64,000 nt of DNA, taken from sequence record NZ_CP097382.1; one strand, written 5' to 3'. A program made the position numbers and the translations under genes. The notes beneath the pieces were generated by a model, which did no database searches, was not told where the DNA came from, and saw nothing but the letters and a program-made list of their open reading frames with translations. Of this stretch, positions 59,250-64,000 are shown piece by piece (position 1 is the stretch's first letter; each line of letters starts with the position of its first letter). This DNA is from a plasmid.

Positions 59250-59624
59250 ATGCCTCGTCAACATATATATATGAAGCAAAAAACATTAGATGGTATCCGT
59301 AATTTAGTGGATAAACGGAAAGCCGATGGCGCAGACGCAAACATTTCAAGTGTTGGGTCTGAGTTATTGGATATAGGATTGCGTGTTATTGAGAATTTAG
59401 AAAAAGAAAAAGAAGGGGATGATGGGTTATCTTTAGAGGAGCGTTATAAAAAACAATTATTGGAAGAAGTGACTAAATCACGTCAATGTATTCAAATTTT
59501 ATTCAAAATGATGTTTGATTTAACAGAAATCAAAGAAGACAATCGGTATAATTATCGAGAGTACGTTGAGGATTTTAAAAACAGAACTCAATCTATACTA
59601 GATGAATTTTTTCCAGAAAGCTAG
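59250..59624 (+). CDS. traM: TraM relaxosome accessory protein
   Basis: MPRQHIYMKQKTLDGIRNLVDKRKADGADANISSVGSELLDIGLRVIENLEKEKEG…EFFPES parallels F TraM (…VNLYISNDAYEKINAIIEKRRQEGAREKDVSFSATASMLLELGLRVHEAQ…ERFFPKNDDE). AAGGA lies upstream. The ORF-table version (59115) over-extends. Confidence 0.8.
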   Translation: MPRQHIYMKQKTLDGIRNLVDKRKADGADANISSVGSELLDIGLRVIENLEKEKEGDDGLSLEERYKKQLLEEVTKSRQCIQILFKMMFDLTEIKEDNRYNYREYVEDFKNRTQSILDEFFPES

Positions 59625-59632
59625 GAGTACAT

Positions 59633-59950
59633 ATGGGATTATTTGATTCAAAATTAAAATTAAGTTGTAATTTTGATAATAGAGTATTTACAACGTCTAA
59701 TATAAGTAATGCTAAATCAATAAAAAATTTAGGGCTTGTGAAGGTCTCCATGACTATTGATGCAGGGAAATACTCACATGAAGATGAGCAACTTAAAGAT
59801 AAGTTAATGAGTATATCAGTAGAAAATGGAGGGAATGCTATAATTAATTTTAGGTTGGAAACAGGAACCATGCAAACAATAGGGAGTCGTTGGATTACTA
59901 GTTATATTATTGCATATGGAGATGCTGTTTTTATTGAATATAACGATTGA
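59633..59950 (+). CDS. Small YbjQ/DUF74-like protein inserted between traM and traJ
   Basis: 105 aa whose …VKVSMTIDAG…GGNAIINFRLETG…SYIIAYGDAVFIE pattern resembles the YbjQ-family (DUF74) fold. This is an unusual position within a tra regulatory region. Confidence 0.4.
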   Translation: MGLFDSKLKLSCNFDNRVFTTSNISNAKSIKNLGLVKVSMTIDAGKYSHEDEQLKDKLMSISVENGGNAIINFRLETGTMQTIGSRWITSYIIAYGDAVFIEYND

Positions 59951-60088
59951 TTTAATCTGTAAATATAGGTATATTTATCTTAAGTAATTAATATTACTTA
60001 AGTCAATAAATTTAAGAATCGCCCAATAAAGGAGTCCTACCTCCCTTATTGAGCTAAACACATAACCGAAGCCTGAGAGGATGGTTAC

Positions 60089-60760
60089 ATGTCTATTCAT
60101 GATCCTATTGATCTCGATGCGATAAAACAAGCTGTTTTTCGCAAAAACCTGCCTGATTTTTTAAAACATGCTTATTTTTGGATGATAACTGACCTAAATA
60201 ACCATGTTTTATCCTGTAGCTCACCTGAAAATGTTAACTCAATTTTAAACTCCCAAAAAATTCAGCAAGCCAATAATGGTTTTACTCTTTCATCCATTGA
60301 ATTAGTTATCCCTACACATGGGCATATTGCAATAGCATTAGAGGTCATTTCTTATCAAATGTTCATAAATAACCAATTAGTCATCTTGAAAATATACAAT
60401 ATGCTGAAAAATACGAATGTCAAATTTAGAATATTTCATGCTGATTTTTTTATAAGAAATGATCGATTTGATAATAAATTAGACTTTATTAATTCGATTA
60501 ATCGATTGAAATATAAAAAACCATGGGAAAGTCTAACCGATCACGAATGGGCTGTTGCATGGTTAGTTATTCATCGTTTAACAAACCCTGAGATATCTAA
60601 TGTTATGGATAAAAGTATTAATACTATTAAATCTACAGTTAGTCGTATTTTAGGTATTTACAAACTAGAACTTTATGATCGAAATTTATTATCTGATGTT
60701 GGATTATATTTAAATTGGGATTGTTATGTTCCATTATCTCTTATAAAAAATACTGTATAA
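60089..60760 (+). CDS. traJ: TraJ-like transfer activator (LuxR/GerE-type C-terminal HTH)
   Basis: 223 aa located between traM and traY. The C-terminal …LTDHEWAVAWLVIHRLTNPEISNVMDKSINTIKSTVSRILGIYKL… is a LuxR-type HTH. F-family TraJ proteins are very divergent, so the call rests on position and size. Confidence 0.55.
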   Translation: MSIHDPIDLDAIKQAVFRKNLPDFLKHAYFWMITDLNNHVLSCSSPENVNSILNSQKIQQANNGFTLSSIELVIPTHGHIAIALEVISYQMFINNQLVILKIYNMLKNTNVKFRIFHADFFIRNDRFDNKLDFINSINRLKYKKPWESLTDHEWAVAWLVIHRLTNPEISNVMDKSINTIKSTVSRILGIYKLELYDRNLLSDVGLYLNWDCYVPLSLIKNTV

Positions 60761-60843
60761 ATTTACACGCCCAGCTCGGGTGTTTACAGGGGTATTTTTT
60801 TTTATATATGATAATTTCATGGTTAATGAATATGAGATTTCCA

Positions 60844-61034
60844 TGAAAGAAAAAGAATATAAGTCGGTCACAATAAGTGTACCGATTAGTGCTGAAACAA
60901 ATCGTTTATTAACAGAATCCGCCAAACGAGCACGACGCTCTAAAAAAGTCGAAGCCGTTTTACGATTATCTGATCATCTACGACTTGTTGATCATATTGA
61001 AGGGAATTACCAAGAGTTGTTAATTAAATATTAA
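60844..61034 (+). CDS. traY: TraY relaxosome accessory protein (ribbon-helix-helix)
   Basis: …KSVTISVPISAETNRLLTESAKRARRSKKVEAVLRLSDHL… resembles F TraY …LKLPVDVESLLIEASNRSGRSRSFEAVIRLKDHL…. It lies immediately upstream of traA. An alternative upstream start is at 60780. Confidence 0.7.
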
Positions 61035-61307
61035 TTTACGCTATTACTGGGTTTATTCCATTTTGGTTTTTATTTTTGTTGATTACACACAGCAACAGGA
61101 TCGCTTTACCTAAAAAAAGGTAATGCACACCTGGGGCGGTAGCTTTACCCAGAGCCAGGGAAAATTATCGCGTTTTATTTCTTTATTGGGTTAAGTGTTA
61201 TTTATTTTAAGACTTTTCTGGATAAGGGAATAAAGCGAGCTAATTAGCTCAGTCGTTTAGGTTCTTATTTATTTTACTTCATAGGGCATTTAATAAGAGA
61301 ATATATT

Positions 61308-61676
61308 ATGAGTCAAATTGCTATTAATTCACCAGTAACAAAAAGAAAAGGGTTATTTGCACGTGCTTGGAATTCACTGAATTCTAAAGTGGCTAAATCG
61401 CTGTATAAAAATGTCGCAACACCATTACTCTTATGGATGGCGGCACGTGGTTTTGCGCAAGCGGCAGACTTAGCGGCGGCGGGAGCGGAAGATGCAGGCG
61501 ATACCTTCGGTGAAGGGTCATCCGTGATGTATTACATCATGCTAGGTGAAGCTGTACTTGTTTTATTAGCTTTTATGCGAGCACAAAACCCCGCGTTACT
61601 CCTGCTCATTCCTGTCTTTATTGTGGGAACCAAAATCGTCTTTGGTTTAATTGAAGCACCATCCACAGGCGGTTAA
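61308..61676 (+). CDS. traA: F-type propilin TraA
   Basis: 122 aa with a long leader peptide followed by …AQAADLAAAGAEDAGDTFGEGSSVMYYIMLGEAVLVLLAFMRAQN…IVFGLI…, the hydrophobic-pilin layout of F TraA. Confidence 0.8.
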   Translation: MSQIAINSPVTKRKGLFARAWNSLNSKVAKSLYKNVATPLLLWMAARGFAQAADLAAAGAEDAGDTFGEGSSVMYYIMLGEAVLVLLAFMRAQNPALLLLIPVFIVGTKIVFGLIEAPSTGG

Positions 61677-61691
61677 TGGATAAGGAGTTGG

Positions 61692-62000
61692 ATGATGGAA
61701 AACGAACGTGCCCAGCGTTTCATTTTCCCTCAGACATTAACCGAGCAAGGCGGTATTCTTCCATTACCCAATGATGAAACCGCCGTTCTACTAGGCCCCA
61801 TGACATGGGGCTTTTATGACGGACATTACATGACTGGCCTTGTGGTTGGTACGTTGCTCTGGTATGCACTGAGGTACTTCAAAAAAGGGCGGGGAAGTCA
61901 GTGGTTACTCAATGCCTGTTATTGGTACTTACCCGCCTACTGCTTCAAAAGTATTTATAAAACTCTCCCTGACTCTGCGTTCAGACTTTATTTAAAATAG
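61692..62000 (+). CDS. traL: TraL (F-type T4SS pilus assembly)
   Basis: …RFIFPQTLTEQ…YALRYFKKGRGSQWLLNACYWYLP…LPDSAFRLYLK parallels F TraL …YRFPKTLNEQ…[20 protein letters not shown]…VPDSCFRQWIK. Confidence 0.85.
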   Translation: MMENERAQRFIFPQTLTEQGGILPLPNDETAVLLGPMTWGFYDGHYMTGLVVGTLLWYALRYFKKGRGSQWLLNACYWYLPAYCFKSIYKTLPDSAFRLYLK

Positions 62001-62013
62001 GAAGGAGGCTGCC

Positions 62014-62583
62014 ATGAAACTGAGCGCAGCTAAATCCGCCACGAAATACACCTCGTTACTGTTTATTACACTGACCTTTATGTTAGGCCTCAGTTTGACA
62101 GGTAATATTTTCGCGTGGCTGAGATTAGATGATTTACTCAATAGCCGACAAGAAACGTATATCCCGATGTTTTTTGATACCCCATTTACCTTAACGCGCT
62201 CCCATGCGGATGCGAACTATCTTGAGTCCGTCGCGCAGTCGTTACTTTTTCTACGCTATAACATCAGTCCCGAATCGGTCAAAGCAAACCATCAATCCTT
62301 ATTACGGTATGTGGCCAAAGAGGCGCGTCCAGAAATGCAAGATGTGTTGGCGGTCGAAGCGAAAGAAATCATCAATAACAACGTCACCTCGGCATTTTAT
62401 ATGACCAAAATGGAAGTCTATCCCGCTGATGGCATTATTGATATTCAAGGTGATCTGAAAACGTGGATAGGTAAGCGTGAATCGTTACCTGAACATAAAA
62501 AATTGCGGCTGCATATGAAGTATGCCAATGGAATTAGTGAAGTGATCAGCTTTGAGGACATTATTGATGAAGAAAAAAAGTAA
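62014..62583 (+). CDS. traE: TraE (F-type T4SS)
   Basis: An N-terminal TM helix with …PMFFDTPFTLTRSHADANYLESVAQSLLFLRYNISPESVKANHQSLLRYV…LKTWIG…EEKK, resembling F TraE …PMAFNAPFAVSQNSADASYLQQMALSFIALRLNVSSETVDASHQALLQYI…LKTWIG…DDEKK. Confidence 0.85.
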   Translation: MKLSAAKSATKYTSLLFITLTFMLGLSLTGNIFAWLRLDDLLNSRQETYIPMFFDTPFTLTRSHADANYLESVAQSLLFLRYNISPESVKANHQSLLRYVAKEARPEMQDVLAVEAKEIINNNVTSAFYMTKMEVYPADGIIDIQGDLKTWIGKRESLPEHKKLRLHMKYANGISEVISFEDIIDEEKK

Positions 62584-63340
62584 TCCGATAAAGCTTCTCT
62601 GTTTAGCGCTCGCATTTTGTGGTTTTGTCTCGACAGTACGTGCTGAGCCAATGGCACAGTTGCCAACCCAAATACCGGTATCTCCGGACTCACAAGTGAA
62701 AGTGGAGCTGAGTAACAGTGAACCGAATATGTTGGTTGTGCCAGGTGACAGAATTGTGGCCATCGACAGTGCTCAAGGCATGTTTATCAATGGCAATCAA
62801 AAAGGGGCAACAGGTGTTGCGAATGGGGGCGTGGTATTGATGACCGCACAAACCAAACCCTTTACCTTTTACGTCAGAACAGCAGGGGGCTTAACGGTAT
62901 CCGTTGTAGCAGTTCCGCAAAAGCGTGATGGTCGCGTGTTGCAGTTCATTTCCAATCAACCAGCACAAAGTGCTGTCGCTAAACGTTGGGAGCGCGCTTT
63001 ACCGTATCCACGTGTCTTAGTTGAAATTCACAAAGCGTTACTGAATCAACAAACACCAAATGGGTTTATTACCGCACCCGTGACGGCTTTACCGTCATTC
63101 ACATTACCGTCAGCCTATCGTGTGACGGCAAACAAAATGTGGAATGGCGGTGAGTTGCGAGTCTACCAACTGGATGTGATGAACACCAGTGCCGTCTCAC
63201 AGCCCCTAAGTGAGCGATTGTTCAATCAACACGCGGTGCGCTCTGTCGTTATCTATCCGTATAGCGATACCGTGTTGGCAGGCGCCACGGCAACGGTCTG
63301 GTTAACCGTCAGTAATGAGGTTGAAAATGGCAAATATTAA
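62567..63340 (+). CDS. traK: TraK (F-type T4SS secretin-like component)
   Basis: It carries a signal peptide and follows traE (overlapping its end) in the conserved traA-L-E-K-B order. Confidence 0.75.
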   Translation: MKKKSNPIKLLCLALAFCGFVSTVRAEPMAQLPTQIPVSPDSQVKVELSNSEPNMLVVPGDRIVAIDSAQGMFINGNQKGATGVANGGVVLMTAQTKPFTFYVRTAGGLTVSVVAVPQKRDGRVLQFISNQPAQSAVAKRWERALPYPRVLVEIHKALLNQQTPNGFITAPVTALPSFTLPSAYRVTANKMWNGGELRVYQLDVMNTSAVSQPLSERLFNQHAVRSVVIYPYSDTVLAGATATVWLTVSNEVENGKY

Positions 63341-64000
63341 TGTTCGCGCAAAGCGAAAACAAACGGCGTTGTTTGTGTTATTGGTCTTGGGATTTACAGG
63401 GATCGGTACAGCGGCTTGGTACATGAGTTTACCCGCGAAGCCAAAAGCGGCCACAAAGCAATCACGACCCGCTCCCAACATGACAGGCGTAGTGACATCC
63501 TCATTTGATAAGAATGTGGGAAAATCAGCGATGGCAGATTTGCAATCCACGGCGTCTCAAATGGATAAGCAAATGAAGCAAGTGAACGCGCGTATTGCGA
63601 AACTGGAACAAGAGAACCGCGCGTATCGCGATAAAATTGCTGAGCAGGATAAAGAATTAACTGCCTTAGGTGAAGAACTCACGAAAATGGGAAATAATTT
63701 CATACACGGTGATAGCAATAACGGTTTGCCTCAACCACAGCAACTGCCCGTAGGAACACTACCCACACCAAATGCACAAGCTAGTCAGCCAATCATTCCG
63801 CCGCCAACGGCATTTTATCAAGGGGGGCAATATCCTGTCGGGCAGCCGCAAATCAATGTGAATCCCGTATTAAAGCAAGGCTTGTCCTCGATGACGATTG
63901 AGTATGAGGATGAGCAGGAAAATACCGATTTACCGGATTTACCCTACATCCCATCAGGCAGTTTTGCCAAAGCGATGGTGATTGAAGGGGCTGATGCCAA
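63327..64000 (+). CDS. traB: TraB (VirB10-like), N-terminal part only (runs off the window end)
   Basis: It starts MANINVRAKRKQTALFVLLVLGF… (TM anchor), followed by a coiled-coil and a Pro/Gln-rich linker, as in TraB/VirB10. It overlaps the traK end. No stop codon is reached before 64000. Confidence 0.75.
   Translation, partial: MANINVRAKRKQTALFVLLVLGFTGIGTAAWYMSLPAKPKAATKQSRPAPNMTGVVTSSFDKNVGKSAMADLQSTASQMDKQMKQVNARIAKLEQENRAYRDKIAEQDKELTALGEELTKMGNNFIHGDSNNGLPQPQQLPVGTLPTPNAQASQPIIPPPTAFYQGGQYPVGQPQINVNPVLKQGLSSMTIEYEDEQENTDLPDLPYIPSGSFAKAMVIEGADA

Overview
The window looks like a mosaic, low-GC Enterobacterales replicon, most likely a Morganellaceae-type (Proteus/Providencia-like) F-like conjugative plasmid or an integrated relative; this is inferred from gene content only. 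Features in order follow.

- **1–4.1 kb:** a chaperone-usher fimbrial operon on the minus strand.
- **4.2–6.1 kb:** IS1-derived and IS2-like (IS3 family) decayed insertion sequences.
- **6.8–9.2 kb:** a truncated fimbrial operon remnant (usher C-terminal pseudogene, putative adhesin, MrpJ-like regulator), followed by about 2 kb of extremely AT-rich non-coding DNA.
- **11.2–17.0 kb:** a plasmid backbone block with a tyrosine recombinase, SopAB-like ParAB, an IncFII-family RepA-like initiator, a GC-rich non-coding stretch and FinO.
- **17.5–19.0 kb and 41.5–42.9 kb:** two identical IS91-family rolling-circle elements in direct orientation, plus a third truncated variant, bracketing about 22 kb of cargo.
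- **19.5–33.2 kb:** an inverted partial duplication of an mrpJ-like and mrpA module, then an IS1 copy and a resolvase fragment, then a complete MR/P-like fimbrial operon. The operon has four tandem minor-pilin paralogs and is flanked exactly by two inverted IS6-family MITE-like remnants.
- **33.7–35.1 kb:** parD with a parE that is cut by an IS30-family element.
- **35.2–37.8 kb:** a TPP-dependent decarboxylase (benzoylformate-decarboxylase-like) with an AEC transporter.
- **38.2–40.0 kb:** an IS481-family element and a HigBA-like toxin-antitoxin pair.
- **40.2–44.3 kb:** a large PHP-like and SMC/ABC-ATPase gene destroyed by an in-frame stop, a frameshift and the second IS91 insertion.
- **44.6–58.3 kb:** an F-type leading-region-like block that includes:
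  - a second parAB flanked by four copies of a perfect 16-bp palindrome;
  - umuDC-like genes, a 688-aa ParB-like nuclease-domain protein, an orphan N6-methyltransferase-like gene and ArdB/KlcA;
  - many small unknown ORFs;
  - three copies of a GC-rich, hairpin-forming repeat resembling ssi/Frpo single-strand promoter elements.
- **58.3 kb to the end:** a lytic transglycosylase, an oriT-like region and the start of an F-like tra operon (traM, an extra DUF74-like ORF, traJ, traY, traA, traL, traE, traK, traB partial).

The leading-region block is the best candidate for undescribed anti-defence biology. All protein calls rest on my reading of the supplied translations. No database searches were run.
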